Part shown: positions 22,795 to 35,100 of the stretch, piece by piece
Position numbering within the stretch: position 1 is the first letter of the stretch
Layout: each line of letters begins with the position of its first letter
DNA from: Nemertoderma westbladi
Lineage: Eukaryota; Animalia; Xenacoelomorpha
Direction: 5' to 3'
Assembly: GCA_032718475.1 (NCBI GenBank)
Contig: JAUCBJ010007249.1
Coordinates: 1-44,837, forward strand
DNA: 44,837 bases
Notes under the pieces: generated by a model
Told to the model about the DNA's origin: nothing
Databases searched by the model: none
The model's input: the letters and a program-made list of their open reading frames with translations, nothing else
Translations under genes and position numbers: made by a program

Positions 22795-24937
22795 ATGATG
22801 CTGACGACAGCAGGCAATCATCCCAGGCACGGAAATCGATCAACTTGCTTTCAGGGCGGAAAAACCAACCAACCACCAAGGTTAAGGCTGAATCACCCTC
22901 CGATCGCTTCAATGGTTGGAAGGCCCACTTTGAAAAGCTCCTCAATAATGACAGGGTGCCTGATACCTTTATAGAAGTAAACTGAGTCTGTACTCCCAGA
23001 TATTCCCATTGGCGATATCTCCTTTGCAGAAGTGAAGGCTGCTGCAAAGAGCATTAAGACCAATCGTGCCAGTGGAGTAGATGGTGTTCCCCCTGAGGTC
23101 TTTAAAATACCTGAGTGCTTAAAGCTCATCTATCCCATCATAGTAGACATGTACCGAACAACAAGAGTCCCACAAGAAATGAAAACAAATAAGTTGGTGC
23201 CAGTTCCCAAGAAGGGCAACCTAACACTCTATGGTTCTTTTCGGGGAATCTCATTGATCTCGATTGCTGCAAAGCTATACAATAGAATTCTATTAAATCG
23301 CACCAGGGATCCCATTGAGAGACTGCTCCATGGAAATCAGAATGGGTTCCGTAAAGGTCGTGGGACCATGGAGCACATTTTGGCACTTAGAAGGATAATT
23401 GAAGAGTTATCAAAAAAGAAAGAGAGGCATCTGGCTGTTATCATTATTGACTTCTTCAAGGCCTTTGATTCAGTCTCTCGCTCAAGTATGTTCAGCATAC
23501 TTTCATTATATGGGATTCCTGATGAAATTATTGCAGCAATCAGATCAGTATAAGCAATCATATCAGTATACGATGTTTCGACAACAGTTGTGTCTACTGT
23601 TGACACAGAACCATTTGAAGTGTTATGGGGCGTCCTCCAGGGAGACACACTTGCGCCATTCTTGTTCATAATTGTGGTTGACTATGTTCTACGCATGTCC
23701 TTAGATCATCATAATGATGATGGGGTGATGATAACTCCACCTACTGGCTCCAGAAGTCGAGGAAATCCTGCCAAGTACCTAACTGATCTAGACTTTGCTG
23801 ATGACTTAGGAATACTCTCAGAATCACTAAAGGGAGCCCAACGGCTCCTCAGCTCATTAGAACATGCTGCTTCTAGTGTTGGTCTTTTTATTAACTCCAG
23901 AAAGACCAAAATTCTGACAGTTAACTTTGAAAGTCCTCAGCAAGTCTCTGATCGGATGAGCATAAGCTCAAAGGATGGTATGCTTGAGCATGTGGACGAC
24001 TTCTGTTACCTGGGATCATGGATCCGGAAGTCAGGTGAGGACCTTCGAATACGTAAGGGAAAGGCATGGGCAGCCTTGAATGGGCTTCCAGGATTTGGAA
24101 GTCACAGAGAATTAATTGGAAACTTAAGGTCCGATTATTTAGAGCAACAGTAGTTCCAGTACTCCTCTATGGGAGTCCATGCTGGGCTCTAACTGCTGAG
24201 GACACCAAATCTTTGCATTTATAGGAAGGGATCTAGGGGTCTTAACCTCAAATGATGATAAGTTTATTTTACCAAAAATAACTTATCTTTTATTGGCGCA
24301 ATTGTAAGACAAATCCCATCACATGCGTACAAAAATGCGTATAAAAATGGCAGCTGGATTTGAAATTAAAACTCCATATAAAATAAAACTCCACGTAAAA
24401 TAAACTTATCATTCGAGGTTAAGACCCCTAGATCCCTTCCTATAAATGTACAATAACAAACACCTCGAAAACTTGCCAACACATTGTTACTATCAATAAT
24501 AAATATCTTAGGATGGCACATTCACAAGAATGAGACGCCGGGTTCATTGTGACAAGTACAATACACACATCTCCAACCAGAAACTATATAACTTTAGAGG
24601 TGTCTCATTGGTTCCCCCAAGCTTGACACTAGAACAAAATCGCCTCCGCTTTGCAGGACATTGCTTTCGCCGTGAGGACCAGCCAGTGCATAATCTTGTA
24701 CTTTGGCAGCCTCATGGAGTGAATAAGCATGGTGGACAGCCTATGACTTTCTTGAGACGCACCTTAAAGGGCATTGGCCTTGAAGATGCGGATGATCTAG
24801 CAAATGTCTTGGGTAATAGGGAGTTGTGGCGGCGCAATTTAGTCGACAAGCCGACACAGCATTCTTAAAAATGCAGCTGCAATGCAGCATGCCGATCCTA
24901 GTAGTAGTAGGTAGCAGTAGTAGTATAGTACAGTAGT
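22795..24937 (+). mobile_element. 5'-truncated, degenerate RTE-clade LINE (RT and C-terminal part) with (TAG)n tail
   Basis: RASGVDGVPPEVFK, PVPKKGNL, FRGISL, QNGFRKGR, IDFFKAFDSV, GVLQGDTLAPFLF, DLDFADD, YLGSWI, RLRFAGHCFR. It carries stops and frameshifts. 13-bp TSD with one mismatch: AGTATAGAGCATA at 22782-22794 and AGTATAAAGCATA at 24938-24950. Confidence 0.95.
24216..24448. mobile_element. MITE inserted in the RTE element
   Basis: ~55-bp terminal inverted repeats CATTTATAGGAAGGGATCTAGGGGTCTTAACCTC.../...GAGGTTAAGACCCCTAGATCCCTTCCTATAAATG. The RTE frame EDTKSL|DGTFTRM resumes at ~24512. Confidence 0.9.
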
Positions 24938-26586
24938 AGTATAAAGCATATATATATATATAAGCAGCAAATATAAATAATAATCATAGTCATATAATAA
25001 AATAATCCAAAAGTGTTGTACATGGTTAAAAATATATTCTATAGTACTTCCTTTTAGAAAGATGTGTCATTTTATCCAATAATTAGTTGTGGATAAAAAG
25101 ACATATATGGAATGTTCTAAGGTATAAATTTGGTGACCAGGTTGTACAGGACGAACGGAACGAGTTTGCAGTAGAAACGAGTATCCATCTGCCATAAATT
25201 ACTAATTACTCTCACAGTTTCGAGACTTTGCATAGTTATAAAGGTCGTCAGTCCGCGTTCAAGAAAAACAAATTTGAGCAAAACAGGAAGAACGCAACGA
25301 GGCTAATGAAAGAGGCGAGTATTGTAAAACTAAAAATATAATACTTAACTTAAATAGCCTTAGTCCATTTTTTTACATGGCTCTTGTGCTGCGCGAAGGC
25401 CAAACATCGTGGTTTTATTTACCAACAATAAAATATATAGGCAGGCACAAGTGTGAACAATAGTAACAAAGGGAAGATCATCATGGTTTTATATGTTCCT
25501 CACACCACAATAACAATACTAATATTTGTTTATCAACTTTTATGAAAAATGCAAGTTAGTCATTATTGTAACGTCTCGATTGTAGGCAGAAGTAGCGGTA
25601 ATCTTCAAAACATCAAAATATATATATCTATCTCACTGGCATTATGCTATTTGTTTTCGGCTGACTATACTCATTGTTTCTGTATACATATTATTTTAAA
25701 ATTCCAACCTACTGTATAAGATAATGATACGCCTTTGCGCCTTTGAGAGTATTTGTCAGATTCATATTGAATTATTCATAAATAGGCTTCCAAGATTCAA
25801 TATACAACAAACAGCTCAAACAGCTCAAACATCAGAATTATTCATTATCATTCATGCAAAAATACTACTGTCCATTTTTGTAAGGCCTGTTTGTATAACT
25901 TGTACATAAGGAGTTTGAGGTTTGTTGTGACTGACTATGCATATTGCATTTGCATTTTGCATTCAATCCCGTAAGTATTAGATACGCTTGTGACAATATA
26001 TGTCAGATTTATATTGAATTATTTATGAACTGTTGATAAAATTGACTTTACCATTTTCATTATCAACATCGCATACCCAAACATCAGAATTACTTATTAT
26101 ATATCTTTAAATATCACTGAATCCGTTTTTTAAGATCAGGTATATTACATACTGCGCAGTGTTGGCCTATATATTACTCAGAAAGAAATGCGCAAACAAT
26201 TTTAACTAATATACTTAACAATAGCAATGTAAAGCAAGCTTCAGGTAGCATCTCTGCAGGGTGATGCAGGCCTCTATGTTCAGTTCGGTAGGATAACTAC
26301 GTATGTAGTCTCTAGAAACAGCCATCTTAAAAAAACAAAAGTTAGCTAAAATGTGTTCTAGAACAATTATTGCCTTGTGAATTAGAAATAACGAAAAACA
26401 CATATAAATAATAAATAATAAACATTAATATTTTTGTTAGTTTAGAGAAAATAAAAGAGAGAAATAAAAATACAAAATATTTGATTTTACAATTATTATT
26501 TTCAATATTTTCATAAAATACTAGCTAGCATAAAAATATTTGATAGCTACCATAATATTGTGTGAAGGTCCAACTATGTTCTAGAA

Positions 26587-27215
26587 ATTCAATTCAATTT
26601 CAATATATTTAATCAATCAAGTTGATATAAGATAATGTGTCAGTAAACATAGGAACATAATATTAAGAAATTAGCTTTACAAGTTTAAAGTAACGAATAC
26701 AAATCGGCCGGCGCGCTAATAAAAGTTCATCTTTGCTTAAATTACAGTTAGGTAATAAAAACCAAAAACTGGTTCAAACCAATTGAGGTTAGATATCCGC
26801 GCTTAACGTGTTAAACCGTTCCGTCACTTGAGTCGATTCCAAAATATTCCAAGATTTTCTCGTGCTTCCGACCAAATGATAATCCTGACAGTTCGAATGT
26901 GGCTTTAATAAAATCCGTGTTATTCATATCATTTGTCGATGCTGGTCCATTAGTTATACTTTCTAGAATTTCATTTTTCGAATATTCGTAATAAACCATG
27001 GATTTTAATGTGGGGCACGGGAATTCTCTGAGACATTTCCAAAAAGTAGAACCTAAGCCCTTATAATTGCGGGTTACATCGTTCAGCAGCAGATTGCTTT
27101 TGAGAACTTTTTGTATTGTTTGATTAGGACATTTATTAGCACGAATTAGTAGACGCGCTGCTGATCGGAAAGCTTCCACATCTAAGTCATTCGTGTCAAA
27201 TAAGGAAAGAATGGT
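26587..27215 (-). mobile_element. 3' fragment of a LINE related to the 221-3238 element
   Basis: EYSKNEILESITNG...DFIKATFELSGLSFGRKHE aligns with DYSYKELTQRMSPG...DFLSMCYSNNGLSFKSKRE of the first ORF2. A ~220-nt 3' UTR ends in a (TTGAA)n tail. Confidence 0.75.
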
Positions 27216-27663
27216 AGAGTTACTGGCATAATTACGACTACCTTAAGTGCCAGTGCCAAATTAGGTTGCCAAATTAGGCAACGAAATGCGAAATCACAAC
27301 CTATTTGATGGAACATACAGGTACTATCTCTCCATACGCTATAATAATGGAAAGATATATTTAAATTTACTTGGAATCAAAAATAGCACCTTCTAGCCAT
27401 CCAATGACACCAAAATTGCTGCAAATCGTTAATATGGAGCTGCACTATAAAAAAAAAAATAAAATTCTATAGGGCAACTTGTACTAGAATACCTGTTTAC
27501 ATGAGGCAACATTTTATGCTACTTGTTCAGCAACTAGCAACTTAATTTTTACTTTTTCGGTAACTTTTTTTTACAGCAACTTTGTGTTTACATGAAGCAC
27601 CTTGATCGGACACCTGAGTTGCTCACCAAGTCGCTGAGAAAGTTTCTCAAAAAGTTCCCACGT

Positions 27664-28820
27664 TGTTTGCGCTTTTAAGACCTTTGACAGTTTAACCTGC
27701 CAAATTAGGATGTCTTTTGGATGATATATATTCTTTAGCTTATGACGAGTATTTGATACACTACATTAGCCGAAGCCAGTCTATGCGCAATCATTCACCC
27801 GCTGGATATACCCGGGAGACTGAATTCGGAGCTTAATGATTGATGGTGTAAGCCTACCGTATTATTCGACTGATCGTAATATATAATCTCTGACAAATAT
27901 TATTCACTTTCGGGAAATATTAACAGTTCCTTTAGGACGTGGCGCTCTAAATATGTAAACAGAGTTATGACTTAAACTAGACACAACGAAAAGGCTATAG
28001 ATTTACGTATATGGCGCATTCTTTAGGAGATGCTTTGTTATCAGTTACAATCATACACAATGCTGCACAATACTGCACACTAATCTGCCGACCTTCACTA
28101 AATTTAGTCACGTATAAAGAGAGCAACAGACAATTTATGTTGGGCATATGAAATAGCATTAGATTCACTTCAAACCACTTAACATAGGTCGCAATCGTTT
28201 ATCTGTAACCGGTCTCTCTAACCTTTAGTATATCAAGAAGGTGGGGTGTCTGACTGTTGATCAGTATTCCGATATAATATTTCATCAACAAATATAATGA
28301 ACAACAGACAGCAAAAGCAGTAATATTAAGGTATGAATTGTTTAGTTATGATTTGATATAGTTCGATAAGTAAGATAACAGATATACGTTCTATAATTAA
28401 GCCTACTAATGTAAAGCTAAAGAATGCTGATATACGGAGGTGCCAAAAGCCGATGTTCTTAGGCTCTGGGCAAAAACACAACACCGAACTACTGAGTTTC
28501 TGTATCCACCTCCAACACAGAGACAAAAAACGCTCTGATTGGTCAACCGAACCACGAGAGAACAAAGAAACAAAGAAATGTCGACGTGGCAATATCAGCT
28601 GTTAGCCGTCGTCATGGTATCGACACTGTTTTCAAGAGTATCTAGCTTATCGCGTCACGAGATTGCGGATTATGTCCTCTAAAGTACAAATACAGAAGAA
28701 ATGACCCTCATGTCCTCCAAAACACCAGTACGGCAAGGACACGGCCTTTTTATGCCTGGTAAACCAACTACAGAGTACTTTAAGGGAAAATAACCGGTTA
28801 ATGACGCAAAAGCTTTTTCA
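27664..28820 (-). repeat. 3' LTR (1157 bp)
   Basis: Direct repeat of 42726-43882; five substitutions noticed by eye. Confidence 0.98.
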
Positions 28821-28828
28821 CCGCTCCC
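28821..28828 (-). promoter_or_regulatory. Short polypurine tract adjacent to the 3' LTR
   Basis: Minus strand GGGAGCGG immediately before the TG of the 3' LTR. Confidence 0.65.
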
Positions 28829-29598
28829 AGAAAATGGGATTTAAGTCTATAAAATATAACAAAACACAGTTTCTAAAATATAAAAATACTCTAAACAGTT
28901 AGTCTTTCTTACGCGGACGGCGTTTACGCAGCCTTTTGAGGCTAGCAAGAGTCCTTTTCTCTTTGGGGCGAGCCACTTTACTAGGAGGGCTATAAATCCT
29001 GGGTGAAGGGTGCAATATGATTGCATCAGAAGGTGTAGGATTATGGTCGGGGTATCCGCCGTTTCGATATGCTTCTCCTCGAGCTGATTTTCCTCCGCTC
29101 GTAGCTGGATACGTTCATCCAAAAACTCTCGCAGAGAATGGGGTTGTCTAAGTTCGATATCTTCTTAGAGATTCTGGATTTCACGATCGAACTGAGATAA
29201 AGACAATTCGTTTATCGCTTGGACTTGCTGTTACAACTTACGTTTATCTGAACAAACGCAGGTTTCCTTTCTGATCTTTGTATAATAGCTTTTAACTCGT
29301 TTGGTACAACGTTCTCCGCCACTTTGGTGACAGGTTATATCATGTTAAGCCGGGGCGATGGTAAGGGTTAAACGGCGATATTAAATGTCCACTATAAATC
29401 CGGTTAGGTAGAATGGGCTAATCTCTAGGAAGCCCACAACTGGGGTGCCACCGACTAATTGTTCAGGTAACACTAGATCTTTGAGCAGTGAGTACAGCTC
29501 GGGAGGATCCGTCATACTAATAGGATCAAGAGTCTGAAGTCTCACTAGGGAATGAGGAGTTCTGATCGAGAATTCCGAAACTCTGATCATTGGTTTAT

Positions 29599-30420
29599 TT
29601 AAGGATCGTCTGAGTCGAACGAGCGTAGGTGATACATCGAACAAGTTTCGCTCGAAATTCCCGTAAGTATAGCGAGTAAAACCGTGTTTAAAGCAACGTC
29701 TCCGCGGATGTTTATGTCTTTCCGTTTGTTGGTTGGGTCTTGGGCATTCATCGCAATAATACCAAAAACGCACGTCTTGTAGGGGAAACGCGAGTGATCT
29801 CTCTCCAGCTTACAATATTCCTCCATCCGTTCGAAGTTATCCGGTACAACAGGTAGCGATCGATCGGCGGTAAGATACATCATAGTGGAATAGAGCCGTT
29901 TGAGTTCTACCATGCGGTCATGATGTATACCTTGAGGATATCGAGTTTCTAGATTCTGTTGACTGGTAATATCGAGATAGGTTTCTCTCAAGCATTCCAG
30001 GTATTTGGTGGAGTCGCTGCGTTTATCCGGCTCTTCGACATCTGCACTTTCGAGTCGGTTTCGAATGGAATTTTCGTGTTCGAGTCTCAGTTTATCGTTC
30101 CGCTTCCGCTGGGTATGATATTTAAATAAAACCATTTCCCTTTCGGTGTCTATATCGTTCGTATCGTGTAGGTCGATAGGATGACCAGTAGTTAAGAAGT
30201 CCACATACGTACCATTACGATGCGTATAGCGAGCGGTGAATTTTCTATAGTCCAACTCACGCGTGAGCTGCTCTTGGGACATTGGCGGTTTGATATAACA
30301 ACCATCGTCCTCCGCAGCAGTTGGACCAGCGTCGCCGCGTATCAAGCTATCAACAAACGCTTGTAAAGGTAGAGTATATCGCTCCCTGATGCCAAGATCA
30401 TCTTCTATCAACTCAATCAT
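29599..30420 (-). CDS. Accessory ORF of unknown function inside the BEL element (273 aa); probably continues via a -1 frame to ~28850
   Basis: ATG-initiated, same strand as gag-pol, between pol and the 3' LTR. No signal peptide or recognisable domain was seen. Confidence 0.7.
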   Translation of the reverse strand: MIELIEDDLGIRERYTLPLQAFVDSLIRGDAGPTAAEDDGCYIKPPMSQEQLTRELDYRKFTARYTHRNGTYVDFLTTGHPIDLHDTNDIDTEREMVLFKYHTQRKRNDKLRLEHENSIRNRLESADVEEPDKRSDSTKYLECLRETYLDITSQQNLETRYPQGIHHDRMVELKRLYSTMMYLTADRSLPVVPDNFERMEEYCKLERDHSRFPYKTCVFGIIAMNAQDPTNKRKDINIRGDVALNTVLLAILTGISSETCSMYHLRSFDSDDP

Positions 30421-32120
30421 ATCTGCTATATAAGTTTATCCATATTATAATGAGTTTATATTTAGGCGAGCGGGCATCGCTGCCTACCCCTCTCTGCCCC
30501 CGGACAGTGCGAGATCCTCAGCGCTGGTGTACTTTCGCCGATGTGCCTATCGCCAACGTCGTAGCTGCACAACGACTACAACAACCAGCACGAGCCACTC
30601 CACCGTCCGTCCCAAAGGCTTAGATATACTTCAGGTTCTTACTGGAGAGTTAGGGTTACTTTCACAATTGCGACTCGCTACTGTAAACACACCTTAGTAG
30701 TAACATTCACCTACAAACGCACAAATTCCACGTAACTGTCACAAATTGTACACATTCTATCACACATTCGGGTCATTTGTCCGTTAGTCAAGTGCCTTCC
30801 AGAATGTCACGTTGTTATTATGTATCTTTAGATACTAGCAGTGCGCTATTTATTCCCTATGCTATTCAATGGGGCATGCTTTCTATTGTTCTTTTAACTC
30901 ACTTCTAATTCTAGCGTGGTTGTTGCCATGGTGACATTATGGAAAGCTAGCGGTAGAATTAGGGTAATTCTCATGCATACAGATCTGGGATGCTATTTAA
31001 TAGGAATTCTTTAATGGTCAATATCCCCTTTATACATGATTCTATGAATTTTATCGGCTATTGACTATGCATTGGAGATTCTCGCACACAAATACACTTA
31101 ATAGAGTGAATCTCCGCTCCCATGATCTATTAATTAATGGAATTTTGGGAATGTTATAAATTGTACAAAATGACAATTTATTAAATTCATTGAAATATAT
31201 GAATTTAAATTTATTCCCGTAAATTTTATTATTAAATAATAAAATTTACGGGAATAAATTAAATTTTTTAATTAAATTTTAATGTTAAATTGACACAATT
31301 TGATTCCAGAACGTGTCTGGGGACTTGGATCCTTGATTCTAGGAATTTTGTCCTTTTAAGAGTATCGGTAAGTGCTACGATATCTTAATCGACTAGAATT
31401 TTAAAGGATCTGATATTTGACAGATTTTGTAAATATTAATAATTAATATTTAGGATGGGCACCAGTTTATTCCAGAACTTGTCTGGGGACGTTAACCACT
31501 GATTCTAGAATTTTGTCTTTCAAGTATATCGGTGGGTGCCGCGATATCTTAATCGACTAGAATTGCAGATGGTCAAAGGGTTTAACAGATTTATTTTGCG
31601 TTATACGCTACTGTTAAAGGGACATCACGCTACTATATGTATTATTTAATATACGGTATGAGAGCAATATCGCACGAAGCAATGTCAGTGTGAAGAGGCA
31701 AGTCGTTTCCAAGGTCTACCCAGAGCTTGGTTTAGCCGAGACACGAGGATCTGAACTTTGCATTCCTAATACTCTGCCTACCAATAATACTTGAATATAG
31801 TAGTGGCTTTATTGTACTTTAATAAGTACGGACATTTCATCTTACTGTAGTCTCGTATTTATAATGTAATACGGGCAGTAAGGAAGGAGAAAAAGAATTA
31901 TTTCTCGCCGTCGCACTAAATATATATTATAAGTAATTACGTACGTAATAAACACTAATATATTGCACTAATCTAATAAATGATCACTAAAATAACATGT
32001 TACTAAATAAAATTAAATAAAACGATTAAAATAAAATTACATAATAATACATACATAAATATAAAAATAAAACAAATACAAATATAAAATAATATGGTCA
32101 CACACCCACTCCAGCCGTTG

Positions 32121-35100
32121 TTAAGTTGGGGAGTCCCTAGATGTTTGTTGGATTAGGGAGGTGGTCGTGGGAAGAGTATCTTGTCTCCCATAGTTTCCGG
32201 AGAGTTCTCTGTCTCTTTCCAGTAAACATAAACGTCCCACCGGGCGATTGAGCTGCTGCGTCTCGAAGACAATTCCCGGTTTCTTGAAGTTACGTCGCAT
32301 GACGACGAGTTCTACCGATCGCACCAAACCGTCATCCGAGATGTGAGTCTCGATGATACGACCTGTCTGCCACCTCTTACGTGGAAGATCTACATCCACA
32401 ATAAGAACCATGTCTCCAGCGCTAACGTTTTCTTGCTGCGCAAACCACTTAGTTCGAAGTTGTAGTGTGGGCAGATAATGTTTTTCGAAATGGTCAGCGA
32501 AACGACGGGATAACAACTGCATGAGTTGCCAAGTTTGTCGGCAGTATTCGTCTCCGTCTGTGATTTCTGATTGTGGGAGCATGGCTACAGGTTTCTTCAG
32601 TAGGAAGTGCGCGGGTGTTAGTGCTTCCAGGGAATCGGGACTCGATGAGACTGGCATAAGCGGTCTCTCGTTGAGATAGGCGGCGATTTCTTCCATTAAC
32701 GTCCGCAAAAGTTCGTCGGTGAGATAAGCGCGGCAAGGCACTATAAAATGAAATGCTGTCTTCACGCTTCTTATTAATCTCTCCCAACTTCCTCCCCACC
32801 AAGGGGCGTCGGCGGCGTTGAAGGTCCAACTAGACGCTGTTACTCGTAGTTGGTCGTCCACCTGTCTTTGGTTCCAATCTTTGACGTAAGCTTTGATTTC
32901 ATTGTTGGCACCAATGAAGTTTGTTCCCTTATCAGATCTCATTGTGTTACTAGTGCCAAAGCGAGCGATCTGTCGTCGTAAGCTTAATAGAAAGCTGTTG
33001 GTAGATAAATCGTTCACCATATCGAGATGGATGGCTCTACAAGTCATACAAACAAAGATTACACACCATCTCTTGACTATAGTCCTAGCACGATATACTT
33101 CGATAGGGCCAAATAAATCCACACCGGTATTAGTAAAGGGTGGTTCATAAAAGCTTACTCGTTCCCTAGGTAATTCTGCCTCTCTCTGTGTTAAAGGCCT
33201 ACTGAATGCTTTCCTACAGGGTATACAGTTCCTAAGAATTTGGTTCAGAGCTCTACGGGGTTTATAAAAATAATAGCGAGTTCGAATTTCGCTAAGAACT
33301 CGTTCTCTACCAGCATGATAAAGTTTGCTGTGAACATCTACAATCATCTTGACTTGTATTTCAAGATTTCTAATGAGTATGGGGAACTTAGTATCAAAGG
33401 ATAATGGGGCATTCGTTAACCTTCCTCCAACACGTATCAACCCATCTATCATTGTGCTAGAGAAACGACCCCTTAAGCGCATCTGTGGATTTCTCAACAA
33501 CAGGAAATACTTATCGGAATCTTCATAGCATTGTAAGAGTCTCAGCATCTGTTTGTTGGTTTCTTCATGCTCCTGATAACTGATCTTCTCCTTCAGAAAC
33601 TTGTCGGGTACCTTATACTTAGGAAGGTCTTTAACAACATGGACCTGCACTGATGTGATTGGAGCGGTATCACCCTTTGTTTTCATCCCAGAGTAGTGAT
33701 GGTGAAAACATCTCTTTAAATATGTAACGGCCTTACAAAGCCGATTCCAGGAACTGTAGTGATGCATCGCTCTCTGCAGAAGAGGTGAGAGTCCTTGCGA
33801 GATGTCAGGTATGCCAGATTTCCAATCCTTATCACGGATTTCCACAACGGGTTTATTTGTGGCTGTGGGTTTCTGATCCAAAGCGTCGTCTCCGGAAGTA
33901 TGTAGTACAGACAGATCTACTGTGGGTTTGAATAACTTCGATTTACTCGCCTGAGTTTTAGGTTTGACTTTCTCCGCTCCCTTGGCCTGTCTAATTTCTG
34001 CTGTAGTAAGATGAGGAGGCCATTCTTCTTCTTCTTTGTAGAGGAAGTCGGGTCCACCTAACCAGTCTGGAGTATCTACCAGTTCTTGTGGAGTTGCTCC
34101 CCTGGAAGCGATGTCCGCTGGATTAATCGTTCCGGGGCAATGTCTCCATTGATCCATCGTCGTGCAACTGAGTATAATAGCTACTCTGTTGGTAACGAAG
34201 ACGCTGAACTGACAGACTTCATTGGTTATATACTCCAACACGAGTAAAGCGTCGGTCCAATAGACAGTTTTCTCCAGGGGATAGTCGATCTGTTCTGTTA
34301 CATTCCGGCCGATGGCTGTAGCGTATAGAGCCGCTTTTAACTCCGCTCGAGGAACTTTCAACTTGTTGTTTATCAATGCCTTAGAGGTAACCAAGGCGAC
34401 TTTGATTCCGTCCGGAGTTTCCACCCTTAGGTAGGCTACTATACCGATTCCCATATCGCTGGCGTCTCCAAACACATGGAGTTGATATGAATACGTAGGG
34501 AGAACATGACCAAAATATGAACGGGAAATTATAAAGTTTTCGATGGCTGGTAGAGAATCTTCCCATTTCATCCATTTCTTTAATAATTCTCCCTTAAGTG
34601 GATCGTCCCATGAGTGGTTTTCAAGCCACATTTGTTGTACTAAACTCCGAGCAATCAATATAACTGGGCTAATAAATCCCAATGGATCGAAATAAGTGCT
34701 CAGGATACTTAAACAAATCCGTTTAGTCCGAACTGGATTATCTCGCTGTTTTAGTTGGAAAAACAGGATATCTCTTTCTGTGTCCCATTTCAAACCAAGG
34801 GTCTTAGTTTCTGGGAGATCATCCTTTATTAGATCTAGGTCTTTTGTTCCTCGATCTTCTACCGGGATCGACTCCAGAAACTCACGGGAGTTGCTGGTGA
34901 ATTTAGTTAATCGAAATCCACCTTTCTTTAAGCATGCTACCATTCCTTTAGCGACCTCAATGGCTTCTTCGACTGATGGAAGGGACTTCAGATTATCGTC
35001 CATGTAGATGTCTCGTTTGATATTGTCGATCACTTCTTTAGAGAAGGCGTCTCGGTTGTCATCCGCAGTGGTGCGCACCACGGAACAGGCGTTTGAAGGG

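Noticed and set aside
27490-27663. Possible PIF/Harbinger-type MITE (GTTTACATGAGGCAAC...) at the BEL insertion site
   Set aside because: Only one convincing end; the inverted partner could not be reconstructed across the insertion.
28326-28592. Identical 88-aa ORFs at 28326-28592 and 43388-43654
   Set aside because: The identity is simply LTR duplication; non-ATG start and no recognisable domain.
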